Notes: generated by a model from the letters alone, not told the origin. A DNA stretch of 64,000 bases from Thalia democratica (GCA_965202585.1 OZ241831.1:50654001-50718000), one strand, 5' to 3'. Shown: positions 1 to 14,690, counted from the first letter of the stretch. Translations and numbers: made by a program.

Positions 1-10
1 TTAATTTCAG

Positions 11-496
11 GACCGAAGTCTTTTAGAACTCTATGATGACGTCAGAATAAACAAAGGGTTGAATGACGTAAGAAACAGAAAGTCACAAGAAGAAATGACG
101 TCATCAAGCGCGTCAGAATTCAGCTCACCTGACAGTGGGTACCATTTCTTCCAAATGTCAGACTTGCAACCTTCAGATGCAGGGGAGAATTGTCATAGCA
201 ACGAAGGATCGCCGTTGCCATGCGTGAAAGTGACGTCAGGTGATGGGGAGGAAGTGGGACGTAACAATAAAATTTGGCGGGAAAAAGTTGACACGCAAAC
301 ACTTGCTATTATTGAGGTTAGATTATTTATAGTAGAGATCTTGATACTTTTTATTCCATAAAGACTTTACTAATTTAAAGTTTTTAAGATATGTAATCAT
401 TTACTTTCTGTTTAAGTTAAGAACTCAAACTGAGTATTTCAACTTTTTTAGGATTTCGAGGAGTTTGCTGCGAGGAAACTTAACAAAGTTCATTGA
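11..496 (+). CDS. Last two exons (11-316, 452-496) of an upstream paralog of the PH/coiled-coil gene; the rest lies left of the window
   Basis: Acceptor tttcag|GAC at 10/11, donor GAG|gttaga at 316, acceptor ttttag|GAT at 451/452, stop TGA 494-496. About 99% identical to exons 14205-14510 and 14646-14690 (offset 14194). Confidence 0.85.
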
Positions 497-3069
497 GATT
501 ATTGTTAGTTTTAATGTCAATTTTTCCATTAGTTGTCTTCCAATTTTTAAATGGACATGTATTTATTTCAGAGCTTTTATAGTTACAAAAACGATAAAAG
601 TACTCAAACTTGTATAATAGCTGGTTTTTGTTCTATGATGTTGTAAAGTTATTTTTATTTTATATTAACCTTTATAAATTTTTTTGTTGAAGCTAATGAT
701 TGAAACACTTTTAAACTATTGTTACAGCAATTATGATTTATTTCAATTTGACTTTAATGATTTAACTCTGGTTTAACTGTGTTGTCTTTATGTAATACTG
801 CTTTCATTCGTAAACTAAATGTAAAAAAAATGTTTTTAAAAAAGTTTATAATTTATGCGTAGAAGAAATATTTTGTGTATTTTAAAATGTCTTTCAAAGA
901 TTTTTTTAAGGCAAATAAAACATAAATATCAATCATTTTTCATAAAGATTAATTCTGAACATTACAACAGTTATTTTATTTTTCATTATTCTATAAATAA
1001 ATCAGTAAAATCATCATAAACTAAGTTTTTAGACATGAATTAAACAGTTTTAGTGCAACTAAACATATTATATCTATTTGGTCCAATATAATTCGACAAG
1101 AAAATGACGAAATATTTAATCGATCAGAGTTCATATATTGAACAACAAAATTGCTTTATAGTTTTTTAATTGCTTCCGATTTTGAATTTGATTACACGTT
1201 ACTTAAATTAAAACCTTATAACAAATAATCTGTTTAACATTACAAAATAATTAAAAATAAGTTCTCGATTTTTTTTTTGTTGTGTTGTTGAATGTTTTAA
1301 TTGAAACAACTTTTTAAATAAAACTATAAAACACCATATTAGCTACACAACTTTGATTAAATTTTAACCTACTGCAATCGATTGTACTAAGTTTTGATAG
1401 ACTTATTTCTAGTTTCATTATGTTTTGAAGTTTAGTCAAAGAAACAAGTATAGTAACGATATTTAATATTTTTATTTTGAATTGTTAAATGCTGCTTATC
1501 TGATGCCAATTAATTAAATTAAAAGTTTTACAACAAAATTTTAGAGGCAAAAGACGCTTGAAATAAAAAACATTTAAAAGCATATAATCTAAATAGCTCA
1601 TTATTTCTATACATTTAATAATTTATAAAACAGTTTAAGAATCCTATTAACCCACAAAAAAATCAAATTGATTTTTTTTAAGTTCTTTGACTTGTTTAGT
1701 TGAACTTTGACTGTTCGAATATTAAAAGTTAAAGGTTTTACGTCAAAACAAAAGAATCTAAGTTAAACAAGACATTTCTTAAAAAACTGACATATTCCCG
1801 ATTAAAATCAAGTTAAACAAAAATTATTCAAGTGTTTCTCTTGTCGAATCAAATTAGATTAAACAAAATGTTAAAAATTGTGTACTTTATATTTATACCA
1901 TCTTTTATTCATCTTCTTAACTTATTTTAAAGTAAATTCTCAATTATTGTATATATCTGTATATGTTTTTTATTAGAAATCGTAAAATATTGAATTTGAA
2001 ATATTTTTTTTAATTTTTATAATATGGTTATAAGGTTGTTTTTAGTTATATTTGTTAAGAACACATCACTAGTTTATTAAAAAATACGCAGATTGTTTAC
2101 ATAATCAAACTATAAACTTTGGTATAAAAAGTTCAGAATTATTAAGACTAAACTACAATATATTTTTTCTGAAATCAGTAGCTAGAACACTTCTTATGTT
2201 AAAAATAAATCTGCCACATTAAGGGCACAAACTTTTATTTTATTATTACAAAGAACGAGAAGAATAGACACACCATGCTGTAGATCTTAATATTTATTTT
2301 AAATAGATTTATTTGATAAAGTTTTTATCATTTTTATGTAAATCAAACATTGTAGGATATTTTTCTTCAATTTTATAAATAAATAAAATGTCGACAAAAA
2401 AAATAAATTCATTTCAACGACTTTGATTAATAAAATACTTAAACTTTTTTTTTAATTTATAAACTAATGCAAATATTTTTTTTTCTAGGAAAGTTTTCTT
2501 AAGCAGTGTGTAATTGAAGTAAATTAAACAAATAGAAAGAACTAAACTTCCTATCTAATTACTTAAAATTTTTATCTTATAGACTATATTATTAGTTTAT
2601 ACTGTATAAAATTTAAAACTAGCTTTAAAAATCAAGTACATTTGCGTGTGAATTTCACAATTAAACTTTTTTTTTTGAATTAAAACCATGTTTTTTATTA
2701 TCGTTTTAAACAACACTCAACGTAATTATCTTTTTTGAAAAAAACTAGTCTAAATAGTTGTTAAATTTGTTGGCAAACTTATTTTTTAAATAGTGTACAT
2801 GTACAAGAATAAAATAAATTAATGCATTTAGGCATAGATTGTTTGCCTTTTTAAAGTAAACGGTAATGTTTATTGAGTTAATAAAAAAGTTGAAACATAA
2901 AATTTTTTTGTCACATTTTACTTAATTTTACACAAAATCTCAAATTATAAAAATCATTAGACAAAATGCGCAATAACTAAACGAAACCGAGAAAAGGACT
3001 AATAATTAAAATTTTGATTTAAAGCAGTTTAACTTTAAATTTGCAAAATTAGTCAATAAACTTTTAACT

Positions 3070-3215
3070 TATAAGTAAATACAACTTTTTCAATCAAAAA
3101 TCAAATCAAAAGCTACATGTGAACGATAAAATGTTGAAAAGAATCAATAATATTTTTGTGAAATTTGTTTTAAAACAACGTTTAAAATCGATCACCACGA
3201 CGTTTGAGACGATTC
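3070..3215 (+). repeat. About 140-bp direct repeat (gtaaatacaac...gctacctgtgaacgataacatgttgcaaagaatc...), also at about 4800-4860 (partial), 4975-5110, 17130-17275, 18915-19025
   Basis: Repeated motifs read directly. The last copy in each duplicated block coincides with the end of homology. Confidence 0.8.
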
Positions 3216-6200
3216 ACCTAAAAATTTTACACTATTACATTTATTTACCATGTCAGATCAAATTACAATAAATAAAATGTTGATTCTTGTATTTTGTTTG
3301 TAACTCTCTGTTATCTTTCTTTTATCTCTTTTACTTGTTCTGGGATCAATTTCTAACTAACAACATATCAGAAGTAAGTTTGTTTAATAAACATAGTAGG
3401 AAATTAAATTGTATATAGAGTTTTTTCAAATACTTTTCTATACGATTAAACTGCGTATTTGAGTAACTTTACGCCTTAACTTGAAATATTTAAATGAATC
3501 CAAGTGTTTATTAAGTTTTATGTAAAAATATACCACTCTACATAATTTTATTTTAAGTGTAAACACTTAAATCTCCTAAAAGAATCAACTAATTAAGTTA
3601 AATGTTTTATTTTATAAATTTCCTAAATTTTTTGTTTATAACTTGAAAGACTTTTTAGTTATATTAGGTTTTGAAATATTAAGAAACATGGTTAGGTAAA
3701 AAAATATTTTAAGTACTTTTGGTTGCTAGATTAGTTTAGTATAAACACATTTTTGTGATATACTATTTTGTAAGATAAGACATTACGTTCTATTGTTTAA
3801 GAGTACGAACGGTTTTTCATTAAACTGTTGTTTTAGATAGAACATTTTCTTTTATAATCAAAAGCTAGAATTAATTCTTTAAATTTAACATAAATCAGCC
3901 ACATTTAGGTCAAATAAATTTTTCATTAGTAAATCAAGACACTAAAAAAATCAAGTTATAAATATTACCACTTCTTTTTTTGTAATTTTATAATTAAAAC
4001 TTTTAAATTTTCTTACATGAATGTTCCTTTCGATAAAAAAAAATATTAAAAATGTTGATTTTTTTAGCTTTGTAGAATATGATAAGCCGTTTTAATAAAG
4101 AACATTTAAAATAAACTTTATAAGTAAATACGTTTTTGAGGAAAAACGTATTTATTTATTAATTTGTTTCAACGATCTCATCTTTTCTTTTATTGAGAAA
4201 ACTTCTCACGTTGGATACATAATGCAAACAATTTATTATTTTATTTGCAGTTTGGAGTTTAATTAAAGTAAACAAATAAAAACAATGTAGTTTTCCGTCC
4301 AATAACTTAAAAATTTATAAAACTGAAAATATTTTTATTATGGTTTTTTTGAATATTCTAGATTACAGCTTGATAAAAAATTTTGTTACAACAAAGATAC
4401 TTTTGTGCTATGACTTTAGCCTAAATCATTTTACAATTACTTTTTTGATTTTGATTTTTTATTTTTGGATTGATCTTAAGTGTTTTTTATGTTTATTAAC
4501 ATTTTAAAATGTAAGCTTTTAATATAAAATGTATTCTTGGAATAGCTTTCAACTATAAAACTTAACTAGGCATTTAAGCATTTTTACCTTTAAAAGTTAA
4601 ACGCGCGCAAAACTTTACATAAAGTCATGCGTAAAATGTTTCAATCAAATTTTATTCAATGTCACAAAATTTATCAAAACTCTAAATTTACTAGACTTTT
4701 TTACAATTATCATAAACAATTCAACTATCAAAATTTTTTTTAGAAAATAAATGCGTTCTTGAATCTTAAACAGTAAATCTATAAGTTTTCTATTAGACAG
4801 GTAAATACATCCTTTTGAATCAAAAGTCAAAATTAAAGCTACCTGTGAACGATAACATTAAGATGCTCTTATCTATACAAAAGTTAAGTTTTTTTAACAA
4901 CCTTTTGGCAGTCATATTTAAAAATCAAAAATTTCGAAAAATAGATACTAAATCTATAACATTCTAACTTAAATGTAAATACAACGTTTTAAATCAAAAG
5001 TCAAAGCAAAAGCTACCTGTGAACGGTAACATGTTGCAAAGAATCAATAAAATTTTTGAGAAATTTGTTTTAAAACAACGTTTAAAATCGATCACTTCGA
5101 CGTTAGAAACAAATTAAACCGTTTTCCGATTTTAGGCTCAGATTTTTATGCGAGGAAAATTAAATCTAAATAAGGAAAACTTTTAAAAACATTTGTAAAA
5201 CTACATTCCACTAAAGAATAAAATATTTTAAGTTGCGTTCAAATTTGACTTTAGATGCACAAGTTGTAAATGCTGATCGGAAGCTTTGTTTCGCTTTTAT
5301 TTTTAAGAATTAAAGTCATGAGTAGCGCTGTTTTTGTTGTGTTTTCTAAGTAATATATTTTAATTGGTTTATTTTAAAACTTTAACAAAAGCTTTGAAGT
5401 TAATTAAAATAATTTAAATTGTTTAATCTTTATTAATACAAAGTCAAACGAAAAAAGTTACTTAAACTGTTCCTTTAACAACGTTCTTTATCAAAAAAAA
5501 TTTCTTCATGGACAAAAACTTTTAATTGTTTTAGCGCAATTGATAAACTATTTCATTGATATAAATACTTTCGTATTTTAATAAGACATTAAAGTTTCAT
5601 AACGTGTTACGAAAAAACATTATACAAAAATACTAGTTTTTTTAAAGCTGTGTGAATAAAACTAAAAAATGTTTTTTGAATATGTTTACTTAATTTATTA
5701 CATTTATTTATATAGTTTTATTTAAGGTATTTATATTGTCTATAATATATACCAGCTAAACTATTTCAAATGTAAAGCTATTCACTATTACTTTCTAATT
5801 TTTTAGAACATCAAATAAATTATTATTAAAAATTCAAAAAACAAAGTTAAGCTTGTTAGTTAAACATTCATATATATTTAAGGTTGCAAAATATTTTAAA
5901 AAGAATAAATACTATTTTCTTAGAAACAAATTTTCTTTTTACAACTTTGTATAATATGTTTTTATTAAAAAATACAGTGAAACAAAAAAATTACTGAAGT
6001 TTTTTTTACAATTTGAAGTAATTATAATAAAAAATTGGTTTAGTTTAATGGATTTATTAAATAACGTATATTTTGCGAATAGTAGAAAATAAGTATAACG
6101 CTTTAGATATATTTTTATAATAATATATTAATTAAACATACTCTTTGGAATATAAATAAAAACTTTGCATCGGAAACAAAATAATATACATCTTTGAGAA

Positions 6201-7006
6201 ATGTTTCCTTACTTACAATGCTAGAAAAGAGAAACAAACGAAAAAATATTGATAATAAAAAGTATGAACAGTGTTTAATATCAGTTGTTTGTGTTTGAAG
6301 TTATCATTTCACACAAGTCAGCAATTTCAAATGTTCTTCACAGCAGTTATTTTGTTTAAGTTAAGATGACTAGTTAAGTCTTTTTTCTGAATTTCTCGAC
6401 TATCTACATCGTAGCAGATGTACTTATATTTGTCGTTTTTAGATTGTTTGCGTTTAAATTTTTTTATCTATTTTGTAGGTTTGTCGGTTCGCATAAACTA
6501 TAATTGTTGCTTAAAGTCTAACCAATAACGATAAACAAACCAAAAAAAAGTCTATGTTTTTTTCTGTTTTATTCACTGTTATAAAACAGAATTGCTAATT
6601 GTAAAGTTATAAAAGCTGTACGTTACACAGTAAGTCATTTATATTACTACATAAAAACAACTTTTAACTTTATGTAACTAAACTAAAAATATGTTTTATA
6701 TGTATTGGTTTTAAGAAAACAAATAGGAGATATCAACTACTATTGACCGAAACTTAGTTTTTAAAATAAATTTTTGAATGAATAAATTTATAAAAAAATG
6801 TTTAATTAAAACAGTAAACTAAAATTATTTAATACACGTTTTCAAAAATGTTTAAATTAAACTGATCATTTTTAGTCTACTTAAAAAAAAATATTTTTTA
6901 ACTCAAACTCGCAGAAATTTTAGTTATGTCAGTTTTTTTTATTAACATTGTTAGTTATAATAAACTTTTTTTTCAGAATTATATCTATAAAATTTATATC
7001 TCTAAA

Positions 7007-10000
7007 ATGCGCAATAGTCCTAAAAAGAAAATGTCTCTGGCAAACTTTCCGGCAGAAATGAGCACAAATATATTTTTTGAAACTTACGGATTCGGCAAAA
7101 CATTTGTGACGTCATCAGAAAATGAGAGAGAGACAAATATGACGTTATCAGTTTCAAGCAGTTCCTTCCTAAAACCACCTACTATGTCATCAAATTCAGG
7201 TAGTTTTTTTTCTTTAAACATAAAGCGTAATACAGGCTTTTATCGACAAAGCAATCTATTTTTAACATCTTTAACATTTGTATTTTGATTTGTTTAATTT
7301 TATTTGTAAATGTAAAAGTTTGTTGGTAAATTTGTATATATACTAAGTTTAAAAGGTAAAATAATATAAAATATTTTTTCAAATCAACTCTTTTTCATCT
7401 TTAATGATGCTTTAAGTAATTTTCAGTTTTTATTACATATTGTATTTAAATAAATGTGTTAACATTACAAAAGTATTTTTTTTAGAAAAACAATATGGCT
7501 CTTTTTTTATAAAAAATTAAAGTTTGACTAAAGCTTAGTTATTAATGTTCTATAGTTGTCTACAACTTTACTTATATCTAAAAATAATTACAGCATTTAA
7601 AAAAGCTGGGGCAATTGTAAGAGCGTTAAGTCCTTACAGAGGTGAAAGAAAAACTTCATTAAAATCGAACCATAGCAGTAATAGAAGGAGCAGTGAATTA
7701 ACATTAAATGAAGTTTGTTGAAATTACTTAAGACACGTATAATTAAGATATAACAAACAATTTCACAGTAAATAACTGTCACTGTTTTTCAAATTTAATC
7801 TTGTGTAGCTTTAAGTATATTTTTTTAATAATACTCATACTATATCAATTATTTCATGTAATGGCAAAAAACTCAGTTAGAGTAGATCGGTTAATTAAAT
7901 CTGACTGATACCTTTTTCTCAAAAACATTAAAAAATTTTAAAATAGTTATTAGAGATATAGTTCTAAAAAATATACGTTTCATGCTTATGAGTTTTATTG
8001 TCAGTAAAATAAAAACTTAGTACTGTATTGCTGAAATAAATGTCTAGCTTTAATTTAAATTAAATCTTATTATATTGACAAAAGAGAACTTTCAAAAAAA
8101 TTTCCAGTAGTTTTCACAAGTTTAATTAAATAATGTTGTAAAATTTTAAGGTGACTGTTGTAAAATTTTATAATTAAATAAACTTAAGTTATGTAAAGTT
8201 CAAAGCTTATATAACAGAAATACAACAATATGTTGTGGTAAAATAAAAATACAGTAAGACAATAAGTATTAAGAACGTAAACATTTCGCATGTGAATTAT
8301 ATATTTATTTAAACTGACGCCAGAATGTTAAAAAAACTGGTAGTTAGAACATGTGATTTTCAGAGTTTTATATAAATAAAAAATTGTTAACCCAAACACA
8401 TGTTTAAACGTAATTGTAAATACGTATGTTAGGTTTTTCGCATGCTCGTTTAGATATCAATCAAACAAAATTAAGACCTACTTTAGCTTCCATTTGAATA
8501 AATTACGTGTTATATAAATAATTAACACAATGAATGAAATTTTTTAGTGAAACATTTTTTATACCTGTTGTTTATCATTTCATTATACTACTAAAGGTTT
8601 TAGGTATTACATAAAAATTTATATGCGCCAAAATCTAAGAAACAATTTTATTTTCTAAATTTTTATTAAATACTAAAACTAAAAAAAAAAACATAATTTT
8701 GTTTTTAAGGTGTCTTTAAATGTATAGTAAAGCTTCTATGATATGTTTAGAGTATAATTTATGTTTACAAGGTTTCAGCAAACAAGACTTCAAGAAAGAG
8801 TTCGTCAAAATCAAACTCAAGTGACTCAACAAATCACAAGTCCCTACAACGCGGAGACAATCACGAGTTTTTGAAAGGTTAACATAACAAATTATTTTCA
8901 TATAATCGCTGTTTCAGCCTTGAATTTTTAATGCTATTTAATAGACAACCTTGTTTATACTTAAGTCAGTTAGTAATTTCCAAAATATTGAAAGTTTAAA
9001 CGTTTTATTGATATGAATCAAAATTATGTTTAAACTTTGATCATAAATAAAAGTAACAAATAAATTTATTAAGTAGAAGCTAACATTGTTACTTACTTGC
9101 ATTTTTAATCAACAATTGTTTCACAAAAAAAGTAAATTCAAAGGAATATAAATGATAAACTTTTTTGTGAATGTTATAAATGATTAAAAATAAGCGTGAC
9201 TTTAATAAATTAAATCTGTTTGGCCTTTTCTTAGAATTCTTTTGTTTACAAGCTTTAAGTTAAACAATAAATAAAGTCGTTGCTGTAAAATAAAAATACG
9301 TTGAACTAAAATATTAAAAGAATAAGTTCATTTAGGTACGCTTAAGAAAACATTATAGTGACTTTTGTTTTTATACTAAAAGAAAATATCTTTTTATATT
9401 TGGCTGGAATAAATATATATCCTAATGGTATTGATTTTTGGAAAATTGTTCAGTTTAACGCAATTTTTTACCGTTTTTATGCCTGAAAATTAAACAGTTT
9501 TTCAATCTATGTGCCAATCAAACAGTTGTTCAATACTATATTTTATTTCCTAGAAAACAAAAGTGAGAAAATTAGAAGAGGCAGATCTGATACCAAATGT
9601 CGCTCAATGAAGTTCTTAGATTCGGGAAAAACCCGAAAACGATCCAGAAGTAGAAAGATTTCACTGAGCAACATCAATGTGGGAAATCTGGGGTCGAAAT
9701 TGCAATCTGCGGTAAAAAGTGATAAATGGAGAAAAAATTCTAAAAATGCCGAGTCAGATGGTAAAAAATGTGAGTGTTTACTAATTTCGTAAAGCTAAAT
9801 AAATTTAATCTTTTTTTTTTTGTGAACTCAGAACTCATACTCGCTTACAATTTCCGCGCGTTTTTTCACAATTTATTTTTAAAGTTTTATTTTATTTATA
9901 TTTTCTTTTTTCAATGTAACCCCTAACCCTTACCCTCGGTCGGTAAACGATTCTCGGATTTGATCAGGTGGAAGTTGTGCGCAGGTTGGAACTAAGCGGT

Positions 10001-13000
10001 TACCGTTTTCGTATATCTAATGTAAATGTTTAAAAATATGAGTACAATTAGTTTTTGTTTTTATATTGGAAATTTCATGCTAAGTTTTGTGACTTTAACG
10101 TTAATTTAAAAATGAAATGTTTAAGGATGGTTCTTTTTGGTGAAAGTTTAATTCTAAACAATAAAAACAGTTCAACAACGAGAAAGTCTTAAAAATTTAA
10201 CAAAAGAAAATACGGATGAAACGTGCATTGAAATAACTGATTTTGACGTAACAACAAACGATGAAAGAAGTAATCACAGAATATATCAGAGGTCGCAATC
10301 TAACAAGGGATGCAGGAAAAATTTGTATCCTTATCAGGGATATTTGTACATGAAAATAAAAAGTAAAACCTGGCAGAGGTTTTGAATTTTTTGAGTTTTG
10401 TTGTTAAAAATTGCGTTATTTTAGCAAATTAAGTGTATATAAATATTAATTTTGCCTTCTTATTAGTAGTTTCCATAGCTTAATTTTTTGAAACTATTTA
10501 AAAGACATTTAGATATTTTCGTTACTTTTATTTTTCGTTTATAAAAAAATTAAAAAAAAATATCATAGTTTATGAATCTTGTTAATAGATTAAAAAACTG
10601 TTAAAACTTATTTTACAAATCACTATATTAAAAATTTATAGTTGGATACTAAACATTATTTAAGTCTAAAATCAACTTCAAGTGATTCATTCAACTCACT
10701 TTGAACTTGATTTTAGCTGTTTAAAAGAAACAAACAGATGTTTTTAATGAGAAACTATTTGATTTTTTCGCTTGGAACTTTTAAAAATCAAACTCGTACA
10801 AAAAAAGATAAAAAAGAATTAAAAAGATTATTTATGTCCTCATTTTTGTAATCGATTTCACTATTGCAACATTTTAAGTAATTTAAAACAAAAAAAAATT
10901 TAACATGCTTAAGAGCATTTTTACTTTGTTTAAGAACGAAAATATCTTGTTAAAAACGTGCAAAAAAATTCATAGTTTCCCATTTTTCTCAACAAACAAT
11001 TTTTGTTTCATTTTTTCTACTTTTAAAAACAAAATTAAAGAATAAATTAATTTACACTTTTTAAGCAAGTTGTTTTTAATATTATACTAAAACTTATAAG
11101 CATTTGTCATACTTATAAACAATATATGCACAGGTTTTGGTGTGTAATATCAGAAGGTTATCTGATTTGTTACGACAACCCATTTTCTGATGTGGTTATT
11201 AACAAAACTTATTTACATGGTTACCAAGTTAAAAAAGATGTCAGCAACTCAACTAAATCAAAACTGAATTTTTTACTTCAAAAACAAGTTTGCATAGTTT
11301 TTCTATGTAGCTTTTAAATTTTGTTGTTAATCATAATTAAAGTTTTTACCTAGTGCTCTTTATTCTTTTTAGATTAAACACAAATTTTGTAATATTTACT
11401 TAAAATTTTTCGATAATTTTAGGGCTTTCAAGTACTGCAGTTTAGTGTGAATGATGAACATGATTTAAATTGTTGGATCGAGGTTTTGTTAAAAGAAACA
11501 TCTGCTTGTTCAAATATGTGAGTTTTATTTATAATTTAAAATATCAATAAAATTCAAGGTAGACATTGAAATATCCTTTTTATCAAGTTATAAGACAGTC
11601 TAACAAAATAGTAATTTTGAAAAAAAATTGAAAATAAATACTTTTTAAACACTCTTAGTTTTAAACAGACAGTGCACAACCAAAGAAAAACTATTCTTAA
11701 AACAGTATCAGTTGTGTTTTTTGAAGGTAACTTTAAATTTTTATCTTTTCTTATAGGTGTCATAGTGCAAACCGTAGAAGTTCAGACAGATCTTCTTCTA
11801 CAAGATCAAACTCTAAGGTTTTTATAGTGAGCAAATACAAGAGAAAAAGTTCATGTGGTAATGTAATTTACAACAATGTTCCTCACAAATACAATGAACA
11901 TGTTAGCTATTTTCTGTTCAATAGTACTAGAAACCTATTCGTAAGGAAATCAAGTCGTAAATGGATTTTGAAATTTTTCATTTAAACAAAAATAACTTTA
12001 GTTACTATCTATCTGAAATTTAATTTTTACGTTACTGGGGATTTTATTAATAGCTAAATTATTAAAGCTATTGAAAATGTTTAGAAAAGATTTTATCAGA
12101 TAGTTCATTAAACCGAAGTTGATACACACAAATTAAGCTGTTTTTAACTAGCAGGTTTTGTTCTTTTTTTTCAAGCAATTAGTTTAGCTATTTCAATATA
12201 GATAATTTCAAATAATATCTAAAATCAATTTTTTAATTCGTTAAACTATGTTCAATATCAACACTTTTTGGTTATTACTAAACAATTAAAAATTTAAAAT
12301 TATTCATGAAACTAAAGATAATCAACAAATTTTTAAAAACCGCCTCAATTGGCTTTAAATTATTCTTTTCTCTAAGTTTTTATTTAAAAAAATTGTTTGT
12401 AAAGTACGATTGTAAAGCTTGAAACAACAAATATATTTCTCCTTAATACCGTTTATAAATAAAACTTAATATATCCTTTTTATTTAAAGTTTTGTTGTAG
12501 AATAAAATTTATACTTTTGTTTTTGCTATAAAAATAGTACATTAAAGATTCAGTAAAACTTCATTTTTTTATCAAACACATATCAAATAACATAACATGT
12601 TTCAATTCAAAACAAAGACTTATTCAAGACAAAAAAGATTAATCAAAATATAGCTAAATTAAAATAATAAAACGTAGTTATGTGCTAGTGCAATTTTATA
12701 ATAAAAGTAACTTAAAACATTACTATTACATTTTTAATAGTTTTCATTGATTTATAAGTTTTATGACGTCATCATACGTCATCCCTCTGCTTGTTTTTTG
12801 TAATTGTTTTCAAAACTCAACTCACGTTAAGCATTCCGAAAAAAAAATTCCTAAGCTTTATAAAATAAACGCAGAAAACAACAAGCAACAATTTCTTCAC
12901 CCCTCCGACCCAACACAACCCGGTTGTCAATGGCAACCAATCTCCACCTAGCGACCACCAAAAAGACAAGGTGTTCAACCAGAAGGTGGCGCTTATGGGA

Positions 13001-14690
13001 GAATTGTACCATGTTAAAAGTCGGGTGATGAGGGAGCAGATCTTGCTGGATCAAGGAAGAAGACTGAGCAGGGAGATGATTATGAACAGGTATGAAGAAA
13101 AGAAGACAATTCAAAATAATATGAGAAAAATGAAGGAAGCTTTGTTGTTTAAGTTAGTATTTAATGTTTTATTTTTTCAAAGCTTTTAAAATTTATTGAA
13201 TTATAGTTTGTAATAATTTTGTTTCTTTTTATCACCTTTAAATACTAACATCATTACTACAGACGGCAAAACTCGACAAAGCTAAAGTTGTATCACTGCG
13301 AAAGAGAACTGTCACTTAATAATAGTAAAAAGAACAAAGTTGACGATGAAAGTCTAAAAAAGATTAAAAACAAACAATCAAAACTAGAAGGTAATCTCAG
13401 AAGCATTGAATTGGTATTAGCAAATGAAAGAAAAACTAAACAAGTTTGTAGTTTTACGAGTAATTACTAAAGTTGCTTAGGTATACGTGTAAAGTTAATA
13501 GGTAATTTTATTGCTATATTGCTAGAACATTAAAACTGAAAAACAAAATCTTTAATTTGATGTAGTTTAAAAATACTGTCATTCAAACATTAGATTGAAT
13601 GGGATTTAGATTTTAAATCTAACGATTGACTGTACACTAGATTTATTGTTTATTGTTCCATAACAGTTGGAACTTTTAAACATCCGTCATCAGAAAGAAA
13701 TTGAACTGATGGCTTGTGAGTACGACTTGAAATTGTCAAATTTTATGACGTCACAATCAACTAGCACCAGTGACGTAAAAGAAGCTCCTCGAAGACGCAG
13801 CAATCCCCACGTCAGAACAAATGAGAAAATCATCAGAAATCAGAGATTGGCGTCAGTTGAGAAATTGAATTTGTTCAGGGAAAGAAATGTGAATGTGAGG
13901 AGAAACACTCTGAGTTCTGACGAAACTGATTCTAGGAAGAGCTCAATGAAGGGTGACGTTTTCATGTCACCTATAAAATTTATTGGAGTCGTAAGTTTTT
14001 ATACAAAAATGATATATTAAATTTGTATACAAGATCTAATATTTAGTTAGTACAAAATGTATAAAAAATTTCTAAGTTTTTATAAAAAATTGATTTATCA
14101 AAAGAATTTAATTTTTCCATATTATTTGATATGTAGTTGTTAATTTCCTATAAATTATTTAATATAGTGCAACTTTTATATTTAGTGGAGTTCATTAATT
14201 TCAGGACCGAAGTCTTTTAGAACTCTATGATGACGTCAGAATAAACAAAGGGTTGAATGACGTAAGAAACAGAAAGTCACAAGAAGAAATGACGTCATCA
14301 AGCGCGTCAGAATTCAGCTCACCTGACAGTGGGTACCATTTCTTCCAAATGTCAGACTTGCAACCTTCAGATGCAGGGGAGAATTGTCATAGCAACGAAG
14401 GATCGCCGTTGCCATGCGTGAAAGTGACGTCAGGTGATGGGGAGGAAGTGGGACGTAATAATAAAATTTGGCGGGAAAAAGTTGACACGCTAACACTCGC
14501 TATTATTGAGGTTAGATTATTTATAGTAGAGATCTTGATATTTTTTATTCCATAAAGACTTTACTAATCTAAAGTTTTTAAGATATGTAATCATTTACTT
14601 TCTGTTTAAGTTAAGAACTCAAACTGAGTATTTCAACTTTTTTAGGATTTCGAGGAGTTTGCTGCGAGGAAACTTAACAAAGTTCATTGA
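7007..14690 (+). CDS. PH-domain and coiled-coil protein, 13 exons, about 761 aa (family not assigned)
   Basis: Exons 7007-7199, 7594-7712, 8772-8877, 9554-9769, 10171-10378, 11134-11287, 11423-11517, 11757-11817, 12875-13152, 13263-13443, 13667-13990, 14205-14510, 14646-14690. All GT-AG with matching phases, total 2286 nt. The spliced YQGYLYMKIKSKTWQRFWCVISEGYLICYDNPF...YLHGYQV...LQFSVNDEHDLNCWIEVL is a PH fold with the terminal Trp helix. A Lys/Glu-rich coiled coil follows. A few boundaries (9760 vs 9769; end of exon 8) are ambiguous. Confidence 0.8.
9917..9936 (+). repeat. Degenerate telomere-like (TAACCC)n stub in an intronic CpG-richer patch (about 9820-10020), probable repeat remnant
   Basis: Sequence taacccctaacccttaccct. 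Confidence 0.4.

Larger units (their letters stand above)
1..5110 (+). repeat. Segmental/tandem duplication, copy 1 (partner 14195-about 19025)
   Basis: Colinear alignment by eye from position 1 (=14195) to about 5080 (=about 19025). Identity is about 99% over the exons and last intron and falls to roughly 85-90% downstream. Confidence 0.92.
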
